From contig CAVYKL010000008.1 of assembly GCA_963769015.1 (NCBI GenBank), positions 2,075,429 through 2,139,428 on the forward strand: a stretch of 64,000 bases of DNA. The letters run 5' to 3'. The notes beneath the pieces were generated by a model. That model saw only the letters and a program-made list of their open reading frames with translations, was not told the origin of the DNA and made no database searches. This stretch comes from an uncultured bacterium. GTDB lineage: Bacteria; Armatimonadota; Abditibacteriia; Abditibacteriales; Abditibacteriaceae. Below, piece after piece: positions 1 through 11,785 of the stretch. Positions within the stretch are counted from its first letter, which is position 1; each line of letters starts with the position of its first letter. The translations under genes and the position numbers were made by a program.

Positions 1-2695
<2,695 letters not shown>

Positions 2696-3049
2696 GCTTC
2701 CTCCTGAGAAATGAGAAAAAAACTATTTATACCGAAACGAGGCTCAATCACACACGCGAAAAACCACCCGGCGGCACAAAAACCCCGCCCGGCGCTCTTT
2801 TTGTTTTATTGAGACAGTCCGGTCTTCAAAAATTTATTAATGAATCCAACTAAATGGAACTAAGGGGCGATACGTTTTGAAATGTTTTAAAAACTGTCAT
2901 CGCGGGGGAAATCCAAAGCGTTCGCTTCACAAAGGAACGTAGTAATCAAACACGGGCCGTAAAAATCAAATTTCACTGGCAAGGGTTTTATTATAATGAG
3001 GTTGCACGGAGAGTGCAAGGTGGGCGCCCTTTGGTCAGGAAGTTCTGCC

Positions 3050-3379
3050 TTATTTTAAATCGGCATTCGGCGTTTTCAATTCGATAACCAAATTGCGATA
3101 CGGCGCGTCGCCGATGTTGACCAAACGGTTGTGGACGACGCCATCCGTCTCGCGGAACTCGACTTGATCGGTTACATAATTCACCGCGCGGTCGTTGGCC
3201 GGATTCTCCGGGTCAACATGGCGCACGGAACCGCCTTCGAGGACGACAAAGAAAAAATCGGTGCGATGAATATGCTTTTCGAGTGCTTCGCCCGGTGCCA
3301 AGGCCAAATCCCAGACGCGCACTCGCTCGTTTTCAAAAAGTAGCCGGGTGCCGACGTTTTCCGATGGTTCATTTGTCAT
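3050..3379 (-). CDS. Cupin-domain protein (109 aa)
   Basis: ORF MTNEPSENVGTRLLFENERVRVWDLALAPGEALEKHIHRTDFFFVVLEGG... carries a conserved-barrel cupin signature (H-x-H...E). It lies upstream of rpoB on the same strand. Confidence 0.5.
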   Translation of the reverse strand: MTNEPSENVGTRLLFENERVRVWDLALAPGEALEKHIHRTDFFFVVLEGGSVRHVDPENPANDRAVNYVTDQVEFRETDGVVHNRLVNIGDAPYRNLVIELKTPNADLK

Positions 3380-3539
3380 TGAGTTTTCCTTTACGGAATA
3401 TAACTACCGCCATTTTTTGACTGCAATCGCCACGCACAAATTCGATGTCATTTGGCTGCAATTCTGCTTGAATCGGAGGCTTGCAGAACTCAATAAAAAA
3501 GGCCATTTCCCTTGTGTGAAGGAAAATGGCCTTAGAAAA

Positions 3540-3613
3540 TTGCGGGGACAGGATTCGAACCTGCGACCTCAAGGTTATGAGCCTTGCGAGCTACCGGGCT
3601 GCTCCACCCCGCG
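3540..3613 (-). tRNA. tRNA-Met (initiator-type, anticodon CAT)
   Basis: Reverse complement reads CGCGGGGTGGAGCAGCCCGGTAGCTCGCAAGGCTCATAACCTTGAGGTCGCAGGTTCGAATCCTGTCCCCGCAA. It has a C1:A72 mismatch and CAT in the anticodon loop, and closely resembles the E. coli tRNA-fMet 5' half. No CCA is encoded. Confidence 0.8.
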
Positions 3614-3660
3614 ATGTATTTGGACTATTGACTTTACCGAAGTTCTCCAGCTTTGTCAAA

Positions 3661-3734
3661 TGGGCCCACCTAGACTCGAACTAGGGACCTCCACATTATC
3701 AGTGTGGCGCTCTAACCAACTGAGCTATGAGCCC
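3661..3734 (-). tRNA. tRNA-Ile (anticodon GAT)
   Basis: Reverse complement reads GGGCTCATAGCTCAGTTGGTTAGAGCGCCACACTGATAATGTGGAGGTCCCTAGTTCGAGTCTAGGTGGGCCCA. A cloverleaf can be drawn with anticodon loop CTGATAA. Confidence 0.8.
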
Positions 3735-3979
3735 GTAAGTGCCTGAATTTAGAAAAACTAAAAACCACGACACGCGAAGGAATAATTTACCCGTTGCGCG
3801 CATTTTGTGCAAGAGGAAAGAGTAAAATTTCAGAGAAAAACTTTGGTTTGTGCTTGCACATTCAAAATTCTGCCGAAAAGACCAACGAAGAGACACTAAA
3901 AGAGAATTTCTCTTGCATTGAAAACGGCGCAGAGTAAAACTCGCCGCTGTTTTCCACTGTCAAAAGGCGCATCCAAATT

Positions 3980-5431
3980 TTGGAGGAAATAATGAGTTTG
4001 AACGAAGAAAAGCAGGGAGCGACGCCAAAAGCGACTCCCACTGTAAGTCATCAAGAAAATCGTATCGTTACACGTCGTCAGTTTGTTACTGGCGCCGCAG
4101 CGGTCACCGCAGGCGTAATGGGTATGCCACTCATCCTGCGTGCGCAAGGCGCCAATAAAAAGCTAAATATCGCTTTTGTGGGCACTGGCGGGCGCGCGGG
4201 CGCGCACGTCAATTCTGGCGAACTGAAAGCGCACAATTATGTGGCCTTTTCCGAAGTGGATTCGGGGCGCTGGGGCGAGATCCAAAAAATCGCGCCCAAT
4301 GCCAAAGGCTACACCGATTGGCGCAAAATGTTCGATAACCACCTGAAGGAAATTGACGCCGTAGTTGTCGCTGTGCCCGACCATTCGCACGCCTTGCCTT
4401 CACTGCACGCCATGTTAGCAGGCAAAGCGGTTTATTGCGAAAAGCCTCTGACGTGGAGCATCGAAGAAGCGCGCCTGATGGCCGAATTTGCCGCCGCGAA
4501 AAAAGTCGCCACGCAAATGGGCAACCAAGGTCATTCCAACGTCGCCAACCGCCGCATGGTCGAATATGTGCGTTCTGGCATTTTAGGCGATATTACAGAA
4601 GTTCATACGTGGACAAACCGCCCCGTCTGGCCGCAAGGCAATCTCAAACGAGAACCAGAACCCTTGCCCGCGAACCTTGACTGGGATTCGTGGATTGGCC
4701 CGGCGCCAATGCGTGACTATCAAAAGCATCTGCATTCCTTTGATTGGCGCGGCTGGTTCGAGTTTGGCTGCGGCGCTGTCGGCGATATGGGTTGCCATAC
4801 TTGGGACAATGTGTTCTGGTCTATGAATCCCGATTATCCCTCACAAGTGGAATTGCTCGACATCAAAGACAAGGGCAGCGAAACTTTTCCTGCGCAAAGC
4901 CATTTCATGTGGACTTTTCCGGCCAAAGGTAACCGCCCAGCTTTCAAGGCGCATTGGTATAGCGGTGGCATGACACCCACGCCGCCTGAGGAATACCTCA
5001 ACGATCCGCGTTTCAAAAATGGCGACAAACCGCCAAAGTTTGAAGGCAGCGGCAACTTGTTCATCGGCACCAAAGGCAAGATGATCGGCTTTGGCGATTA
5101 CGGTGGCTCTCCAATTGTGTTGCCCGAAGCCTTGGGCAAAGATGTCAAAATTGCCGAAGTCATTCCTCGCGTGCCGGGTTCCAACCACTACAACGACTGG
5201 CTGGTTGCCGTCACCGGCGAAAAACCTTGGGATCATCCCGGTTCCAACTTCGCTGGCTATGCTGGCCCGCTGACAGAAGTGATGCTGCTTGGGGCTATCA
5301 CCGAAAAAGTCGGCGAAGTCGGCTACAAGATTGATTGCGACCCGGTCAAACGCGAAATTCTCACCAACGACGCTAAACCGTATCGCCAACGTAATCCCTA
5401 TCGCAAAGGCTGGGAACTGCCGAAACTCTAA
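3980..5431 (+). CDS. Gfo/Idh/MocA-family NAD(P)-dependent oxidoreductase with twin-arginine (TAT) signal
   Basis: 483-aa ORF. RRQFVTGAAAVTAGVMGMPLIL is a TAT signal. NIAFVGTGGRAG is the Rossmann motif. CEKPL is the conserved Gfo/Idh/MocA motif. Confidence 0.7.
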   Translation: MEEIMSLNEEKQGATPKATPTVSHQENRIVTRRQFVTGAAAVTAGVMGMPLILRAQGANKKLNIAFVGTGGRAGAHVNSGELKAHNYVAFSEVDSGRWGEIQKIAPNAKGYTDWRKMFDNHLKEIDAVVVAVPDHSHALPSLHAMLAGKAVYCEKPLTWSIEEARLMAEFAAAKKVATQMGNQGHSNVANRRMVEYVRSGILGDITEVHTWTNRPVWPQGNLKREPEPLPANLDWDSWIGPAPMRDYQKHLHSFDWRGWFEFGCGAVGDMGCHTWDNVFWSMNPDYPSQVELLDIKDKGSETFPAQSHFMWTFPAKGNRPAFKAHWYSGGMTPTPPEEYLNDPRFKNGDKPPKFEGSGNLFIGTKGKMIGFGDYGGSPIVLPEALGKDVKIAEVIPRVPGSNHYNDWLVAVTGEKPWDHPGSNFAGYAGPLTEVMLLGAITEKVGEVGYKIDCDPVKREILTNDAKPYRQRNPYRKGWELPKL

Positions 5432-5446
5432 GCCAAACGCAAATCA

Positions 5447-5491
5447 AAAACGCCGCTGTGAAATTCAATTTCACAGCGGCGTTTTTGATTT
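5447..5491. terminator. Rho-independent (bidirectional) terminator
   Basis: aaaacgccgctgtgaaattcaatttcacagcggcgtttttgattttt forms a perfect 13-bp stem flanked by A and T runs, between convergent genes. Confidence 0.75.
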
Positions 5492-5501
5492 TTAACTCAT
5501 C

Positions 5502-6542
5502 TCATCTCACCGCGCGCACGCAATGGTTTTCGCTGTCGCCGATGAAAATCTGTCCATCTTTGTCTACAAAAATGCCGTGAGGCCGCGCTAATTGGCATTT
5601 GAGCGGGTCGCCATCGGGGCCATTGCCTTTTTTGCCGGTGCCGGCAACTAATTGCAAGGTGCCATTTTTTACGTCAATCAGGCGAATGGTATGGCTTTCG
5701 GTATCGGCAAAATAGACGTTGCCATCGGGCGCGATAGAAATGCCTTTTGGCCCCGAAAGCGTCGCTGTTTTCGCAGGGCCGCCGTTACCAGTGAAGCCAC
5801 TTTTGCCGTTACCCGCGATGTGATGAATCGTGCCCGTTACCATGTCAAATTTATAAATGGCATTGCCTTCGCGCAAGGCCAGCCACAAATTGCCCTTAGT
5901 ATCGAAATCCATTGCGCGTGGGCCACTGAGTGGCACGTCCTTAAAGGGCGCACCATCCGGTGTCGGCGCTTTTTGGCCGTTGCCTGCTAAGGTATCAATC
6001 ACGCCGGTTTGCAAATAAATAACACGCACGCGATGATTCAAAACATCGGCCACATAAAGCGTGCCATCCGGCCCGAATTGCAAGCTGTGCGGCTGATTCA
6101 TTTGCGCCTCAACAGCTAAATGACTATCGCCGCTAAAGCCCATTTTTCCTGTGCCCGCCACCGTCGAAATGATGCCCGTTTGTTTATCTATGCGCCGCAC
6201 GATGTGGTTCAAACGCTCGACGAAAAACAGATGACCACTTTTATCGAAGCGCACTTCGTAAGGCTCGTTAAGTTGCGCTTTAATCGCTAAATCGCCGTCG
6301 CCGGAATAACCGCGCGTGCCGTTGCCCGCGACAGTAGAAATAATGCCATCCGTTCCAATTTTGCGGATGACATGATTATCGGTATCGCACACATAAAGTG
6401 CGTCCTCCGGCCCGTATGTCAGACCGAATGTGTTGTTCATCTGCGCTTTGGTGGCCACGCCACCGTCGCCAGAATAGCCCGCTATTCCCGTTCCAGCGAT
6501 AGTTGAAGTTTGGTTTGGCATGATTTTCTTTTGAGAAACCAC
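5502..6542 (-). CDS. NHL-repeat beta-propeller protein
   Basis: 346-aa ORF with repeated units ...GxxGxxGyxGDGGxAxxAxLxxPxGxxxDxxGNLYVADxxNHRIRKI... Confidence 0.6.
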   Translation of the reverse strand: MVSQKKIMPNQTSTIAGTGIAGYSGDGGVATKAQMNNTFGLTYGPEDALYVCDTDNHVIRKIGTDGIISTVAGNGTRGYSGDGDLAIKAQLNEPYEVRFDKSGHLFFVERLNHIVRRIDKQTGIISTVAGTGKMGFSGDSHLAVEAQMNQPHSLQFGPDGTLYVADVLNHRVRVIYLQTGVIDTLAGNGQKAPTPDGAPFKDVPLSGPRAMDFDTKGNLWLALREGNAIYKFDMVTGTIHHIAGNGKSGFTGNGGPAKTATLSGPKGISIAPDGNVYFADTESHTIRLIDVKNGTLQLVAGTGKKGNGPDGDPLKCQLARPHGIFVDKDGQIFIGDSENHCVRAVR

Positions 6543-6668
6543 AGATGAACACGGATAAACACGGATGAGTTTTGGGCTTTGGACTTAAGTTCATCATCAT
6601 TTTTGCGGCCAAGACCAAAGACCTAAAAATCCAAAAACATCTGTGTTAATCTGTGTTTATCTGTGGCT
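6538..6668. repeat. About 130-bp element bounded by 29-nt imperfect inverted repeats, each built from three tandem 10-mers (CACRGATRAA / TTATCTGTG)
   Basis: The left arm ccacagatgaacacggataaacacggatg and the reverse complement of the right arm (ccacagataaacacagattaacacagatg) match at 25 of 29 positions. A spacer of about 70 bp lies between them. Confidence 0.6.
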
Positions 6669-6673
6669 AATTC

Positions 6674-8135
6674 CTAAATATCCGCTGCGGTTTTGCCTTC
6701 GCCGAACTGTTTCCAGAATCGCTCTTTGAACGGGTTTACTTTTGGCCCATCGGCGTTTTCGTTGACCATTAACGGCAAAACTTCTTGCCACCATTTGTCG
6801 TAAGTCGCATCCAGTTGTTTGATGACATCGGGTTGCTGCGCCGCGAGGTCGTTTTTCTCGCCGATGTCTTGCGCAACATCGTAAAGTTCCCACTCCTTTT
6901 TTTCGTCCTGACGAACCATGTGCCAGTTGCCTTGCCGCACGGCGCATTTGTCATATTTGGCTTGCGCGGCCTGTCCGTTTTCCCAGCGGCCAACGTGCGA
7001 AATTACATTGCGATTGGGCCATGTGGTTTTCTGACTTTTTGAGCAGTGGCAGTAGATTAAAACCATCCAAATTATCCGGCACTTTAGCGCCTGCTAAGGT
7101 AGCAAAAGTTGGGAAGAAATCGAGATGCGCGGTTAATTGATTCACAGTGCGCGGCTCGAAAACGCCGGGCCAATGCCAGAAATTCATAGCGCGCGTGCCG
7201 CCCAAATAAGGAGTGCCTTTTTGGGCGCGCATTCCGGCATTGTAAAACTTCGCGCCCGTCGCGCAGCCGTTGTCATTGAGGAAAATTAGCACTGTGTCGC
7301 GTTCGATGCCCATTTTTTGCATCGCCGCGCGCAATTTGCCCATGTTGTCGTCAATGTTGGTAATCATGCCCAAAAACTTGGCGACGTTTTCGGGTGCTTT
7401 GCCTTCATACATCGCCGCGTAAGAATCTGGCACTTGAAGCGGCTCGTGCGGCGCGTTGGTAGCGATATACGCGAAAAACGGGGCTTTGTTTTTGGCGCTG
7501 TCCATCCATTTTATCGCTTCATCGAAAAAGATGTCGGTGCAATAGCCGTGCGTTTTGACAAACTTGTCGTTGTGCCAAATCGCCGGGTCGAAATACATAT
7601 TGCCGGGCGCATCGCCGCAAGAGCCTTTGTAGGTTTGACCGATGCCACCGCCGCCGTGAATAAACACTTCATCGAAGCCGCGTTTATTCGGTTGGTATTC
7701 GTCTTCATCGCCCAAATGCCACTTGCCGAAAATGCCGGTTTGATAGCCCGCTTTTTGCAAAACCTGCGCGATAGTTGTGGATTGCAAACTAAGCCGCTCG
7801 CGCTCAAAAATAGTGTGCGTGACACCGTTTTTAAATTCGTGGCGTCCCGTCATAATCGAGGCGCGCGTGGGCGAACAAGTTGGGCTAACGAGAAAATTAT
7901 CAAGGCGCACGCTTTCATCGTGCAAGCGGTCAAGATGCGGCGTTTTAATGATGGGATGGCCATGACGGCCTAAATCACCATAACCTTGATCGTCTGTCAT
8001 TACCAATATGATATTGGGGCGCTTGGCATTGGAGACGTTTTGCGCTTGGCTGTTCATGGCGTTGAGTGTGAGAATTCCGGCTCCCATACCTTCTAAAAAT
8101 TGACGACGATTTAACGAATTTTTAAAATGCGGCAT
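6674..8135 (-). CDS. Formylglycine-type sulfatase (arylsulfatase family), TAT signal; interrupted by a 1-nt frameshift near 7040-7050
   Basis: The N-terminal ORF 6951..8135 has RRQFLEGMG (TAT) and the active-site motif CSPTRASIMTGR. The C-terminal sulfatase domain (TTWPNRNVISHVGRW...WELYDVAQDIGEKNDLA...) continues in another frame, ORF 6674..7066. The shift maps to the A-runs in ctcaaaaagtcagaaaacc. Confidence 0.7.
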
Positions 8136-8136
8136 T

Positions 8137-9006
8137 TCACTCCTTGGGTTTTAAGTGCTTATCGAAAAACCCAACGACCAGCGGGCGCAAATCGCGCTGT
8201 TTGGGTTGCAATGTGAAAGTATGCGGCGCACCTTCGATGATGACTAATTCGTGTTCGACACCCGCTTTTTCGAGTGCTTCATTTAGCCATTCGCTGTGTT
8301 CTTTGTTGACTGTGGTATCGGCGGTGCCGTGCAAAAGCAGCATTGGCGGATCATCTTTGGTGGCGTAGTTAAGGGGCGAAGCGCGCTTGTAAATTTCTTC
8401 GTCTTCAGCGCGTTTTTTACCGAGCATTCCGACATCGTGCCAGCGCAATAAATCGTTGGTGCCATACATATCAACGGCACATTGCACGCGGCACGAAACA
8501 TCGTTGTCTTCGGGCGGATCGAGTTTGTCCTCCGGCGCGGTTAAGGCCACCATCGCCGCTAAATGACCACCTGCACTGCCGCCGATAACGCCGATATGAG
8601 CGGAATCAATATTGAGTTTTGCGGCGTTTTTGCGTAGCCATCGCACGGCGTTTTTGCAGTCGTAAAGGTTCTGCGGCCAGATGGCTTTGTTATCTTTGGA
8701 GAGCAGATAATCGATGCTCATGCAAACGTAGCCATTGCGCGCTAACGTGCTGCCGATATTGATTTCGCGCGCCGCATCGCGTTGCCCGCCGACAAAGCCG
8801 CCGCCGTGAATTATCAGCACCGCTGGTCGCGGTTTTTCGGATTTTTCTTTGGGGAAATACAAGTCGGCTTTCTCGGCGCGCGCTTCCGGCAGATAGGCCA
8901 CATTTTGCTCAACGCGAATGTCATCGGGAAACGTCGCGGCCTGTGCGGTGAGGCGAGGAATCATGGCGAGAGCGGAAATCAAAACAACTTGTTGCCAATG
9001 TTTCAT
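8137..9006 (-). CDS. Secreted alpha/beta-hydrolase (esterase/lipase, fold-3 type)
   Basis: 289-aa ORF with an N-terminal signal peptide, an HGGGF oxyanion motif and a GGSAGG nucleophile elbow. Its stop abuts the sulfatase start, which suggests an operon. Confidence 0.6.
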   Translation of the reverse strand: MKHWQQVVLISALAMIPRLTAQAATFPDDIRVEQNVAYLPEARAEKADLYFPKEKSEKPRPAVLIIHGGGFVGGQRDAAREINIGSTLARNGYVCMSIDYLLSKDNKAIWPQNLYDCKNAVRWLRKNAAKLNIDSAHIGVIGGSAGGHLAAMVALTAPEDKLDPPEDNDVSCRVQCAVDMYGTNDLLRWHDVGMLGKKRAEDEEIYKRASPLNYATKDDPPMLLLHGTADTTVNKEHSEWLNEALEKAGVEHELVIIEGAPHTFTLQPKQRDLRPLVVGFFDKHLKPKE

Positions 9007-9210
9007 GAGATAAAATTAGAGCGTTTAAGTCAATGCATTGTTGTGTAGTGCGCTTTTTCTTATCGCGCGAAAAACCGCACTGAAATTTGCACGGCGACGA
9101 AGCCACTCGCGGGCATATAAGCGAAGAAATCGAACTCTGTTCGATAGGTAGAAAGTCAGGTTAATTACATTGCGTGCCTTGCGCCGCTCACCCTTTTTGC
9201 ACGCGCTTGT

Positions 9211-10938
9211 TTAGGTGTCTCTTTGTGATTCGGCCATGACCTCAATGCCAACCAGACAAATATCGTCCACAAATTGACCGCCCGGCGAGAGATGGCGGGC
9301 TTGCGCCAAAATTTCGTCCAGCATTTGGTCAATAGGTTGATGCAAGCGCATGGCAATAGCGCGTTGTAATTGTTCTTCTTCAAAAACTTCGTCGTTTTCG
9401 CTTTCGATTTCCACAAGGCCGTCGGTAAAGAGAATCAGCACATCGCCAACATTTAGCGGGCGACAATAAGTTTGATATTGCACGTCGGGAATAACGCCGA
9501 GTGCCGGCCCCGGTTCATCGCTGCCATAAAGCGGCTGCACCGAACAGGTCGTATCATCTAAAACAATCCGACTGGCATGAAACGGGCTGGGATGCCCGGC
9601 ACTGGCATAACGCAATTCTTGTTTTTCCATGTCAGCCACGATATAAACCGCCGAGGCGAAAAGCGGCGTTTTGGTGCGTTGCAAAATCGTGTGCAGGCTA
9701 CGATTGACTTCGGTCAGCAAGCGTCCCGGATCATGCGCGACGGGCATCATTTCTTCAATTTGGCCGCGCACAATAGCCGTGACCAAAGCCGAGCGCACGC
9801 CGTGTCCCATTACATCGCAGACAAAAGCGCCCGCCTGCGTTTCCGAAATTAATAAGACATCCGAAAAATCGCCGCCCAAAGTGGAAGTCGGCGCATAGCG
9901 ATGATGAAAGCGCAAGGCGCCCTCGGCGGGCGAAGCTTTGCCCGGAAAACTAATATATTGCTGTGGCAAAAATGCTTGCTGAATTTCGCGCGCCAAGTCT
10001 AAATCGGCCTCGATCTGCGCGTTTTTCCGATGCAATTCATCGTAAGCCCGTTGGCGTTCGGCTTCGACTTCAGCACGCCGAACGTCGGCGCGGCATAAAA
10101 GGCTCGCCGTTAAAGTCGTCAGCGCTGTAAAAGCGGCAATCGTCAGCACGACAAACAAAGAAAGGCGAAAATCGGCATCATAATAACCCGATTGCTGGCC
10201 TTTGAGGCACAACCAACCAAGCAACGCAGGCATAGCGATGGCAGCCGGCACCAAGCGTCGCGCTGTCATATTACCATTGCCCCGTCCGGTTAAAATCGCC
10301 ATCAGGCCGCGCTTGGGGCGCGCCATTAAAATGCCGCCGACTAAAAGCAAAAACGTGAGCGCCGTGTGCAGCGCCATCGGAATATAAGCGCCCACACCAT
10401 AAAAAGAGCGCGTGCCATAAGCGTAACCAAGGAGAGCCAGTAGCGAGGCCATTGCCGCGCCAATTGCAACAAACTGCGCCGGAAAATAACCACGCCGCGT
10501 TCGCAAATCGAGAATAAAAAGTGCGGTGCCTGTCAGCAAAAATCCCATCGCCGTATTGGGCGCCATGCGATTGGGTTGTCCGGTTATATCATCTTCCAAG
10601 CGGGTAGAAAACAGAAGCCTGTCCACACCTAAATCTATATGCAAGCCCAACAAAATGAGTTTCGATAAACCAACGCTCAGCATCAGCAAAGCGCAAAGGC
10701 GTGCCGCAACTAAGAAACGATTTTCGACAGCTCCTTCGCGTTGCCAGAGCAAAGAGGCGCCACCTGAAACGAAGCAAACAGCCGTTACCGGGTTCATCGC
10801 TACCAGCGTTGGCACGATGCGTTTTAGAAGTTCAACATCAAAGACCCAACCAAGCAGCACCATGCCCGCAATGATGAGCGCACCAAAACCGGCAATGCTT
10901 GGTAGCAAGCGCGCAAACGCAATTAAGGGAGATTTCAT
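9211..10938 (-). CDS. Membrane-anchored PP2C-type Ser/Thr phosphatase (SpoIIE/RsbU family) with N-terminal multi-TM sensor domain
   Basis: 575-aa ORF with about 8 N-terminal hydrophobic helices. The C-terminal domain reads GGDFSDVLLISETQ...DVMGHGVRSAL...FTDGLVE, typical of SpoIIE-type phosphatases. Confidence 0.65.
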   Translation of the reverse strand: MKSPLIAFARLLPSIAGFGALIIAGMVLLGWVFDVELLKRIVPTLVAMNPVTAVCFVSGGASLLWQREGAVENRFLVAARLCALLMLSVGLSKLILLGLHIDLGVDRLLFSTRLEDDITGQPNRMAPNTAMGFLLTGTALFILDLRTRRGYFPAQFVAIGAAMASLLALLGYAYGTRSFYGVGAYIPMALHTALTFLLLVGGILMARPKRGLMAILTGRGNGNMTARRLVPAAIAMPALLGWLCLKGQQSGYYDADFRLSLFVVLTIAAFTALTTLTASLLCRADVRRAEVEAERQRAYDELHRKNAQIEADLDLAREIQQAFLPQQYISFPGKASPAEGALRFHHRYAPTSTLGGDFSDVLLISETQAGAFVCDVMGHGVRSALVTAIVRGQIEEMMPVAHDPGRLLTEVNRSLHTILQRTKTPLFASAVYIVADMEKQELRYASAGHPSPFHASRIVLDDTTCSVQPLYGSDEPGPALGVIPDVQYQTYCRPLNVGDVLILFTDGLVEIESENDEVFEEEQLQRAIAMRLHQPIDQMLDEILAQARHLSPGGQFVDDICLVGIEVMAESQRDT

Positions 10939-11068
10939 TAGCGCAACACTATTAAAAAGCTAAAAGATAAAATAAATTGATAAAGCGAATGTTCCGGCAG
11001 TTTAGCAGGGATCAGACGAAAAAAGGCGGCGCGTTTGAACGCGCCGCCTTTTTATATGGCATACAAAA

Positions 11069-11707
11069 TTACGGCGCAGTGGCCGTTGGCAACCACCATG
11101 TTCCGTTCAGGTTTCCCATCGCCGAGGCGGTTAGGCCAACATTAGTCTTTTGTATCCACTTCACATGACCATCAGCGAACGTCATGTTCATACCGTCAAA
11201 GTGACGGTTAGGATCAGGCTCAAAGCGCGTGTCGGTGCCATAATTCCACGGCGCCGAACGGTCAACCGATTGAATCATTTCGTTAATCAGGCAAGTGCGC
11301 GATACATATTGAATATCGGCCAAAGCGCGCCCCGGTGTGGACGCGAGATACCAACCGTAGCCATAATGACGTCCTGTCGCTCTTTTGCTGGGGCAGACCT
11401 GAATTTGAGTGCTTTTCAGGTAAGATGCGATGTCATTTGTCCAGTCGCGCGCGGGCGGCCCAGCACTGTAACCGCAAGGCAACATTTCATCATAGTCCTG
11501 CGCATATTGCAGAAAACCCAAACCCATCTGCTTGCAGTTGTTAATGCAGCTTGATTTGCGGGCATTTTCACGGGCGCGGGCAAAGACAGGAAACAAAATC
11601 GCGGCGAGCAGAGCGATTATTGCTATGACAACAAGCAATTCAATCAAGGTGAAACCGCGCGATTGGGATGGACGGGAAACAGCGAAACAGGGCATGACTT
11701 TCTCCAC
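11069..11707 (-). CDS. DUF1559 'H-X9-DG' protein with prepilin-type N-terminal cleavage/methylation domain
   Basis: The N-terminus [37 protein letters not shown] is the type IV pilin-like leader and TM segment. The C-terminus carries ADGHVKW. Four paralogs are present in this window. Confidence 0.75.
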   Translation of the reverse strand: MEKVMPCFAVSRPSQSRGFTLIELLVVIAIIALLAAILFPVFARARENARKSSCINNCKQMGLGFLQYAQDYDEMLPCGYSAGPPARDWTNDIASYLKSTQIQVCPSKRATGRHYGYGWYLASTPGRALADIQYVSRTCLINEMIQSVDRSAPWNYGTDTRFEPDPNRHFDGMNMTFADGHVKWIQKTNVGLTASAMGNLNGTWWLPTATAP

Positions 11708-11785
11708 AATAAGGATATTTGCACGAAATTAGAGTGCAAATCGTCACATTCTGTTTCGTGTTAAACGAAACATTTAAATTTGTAA

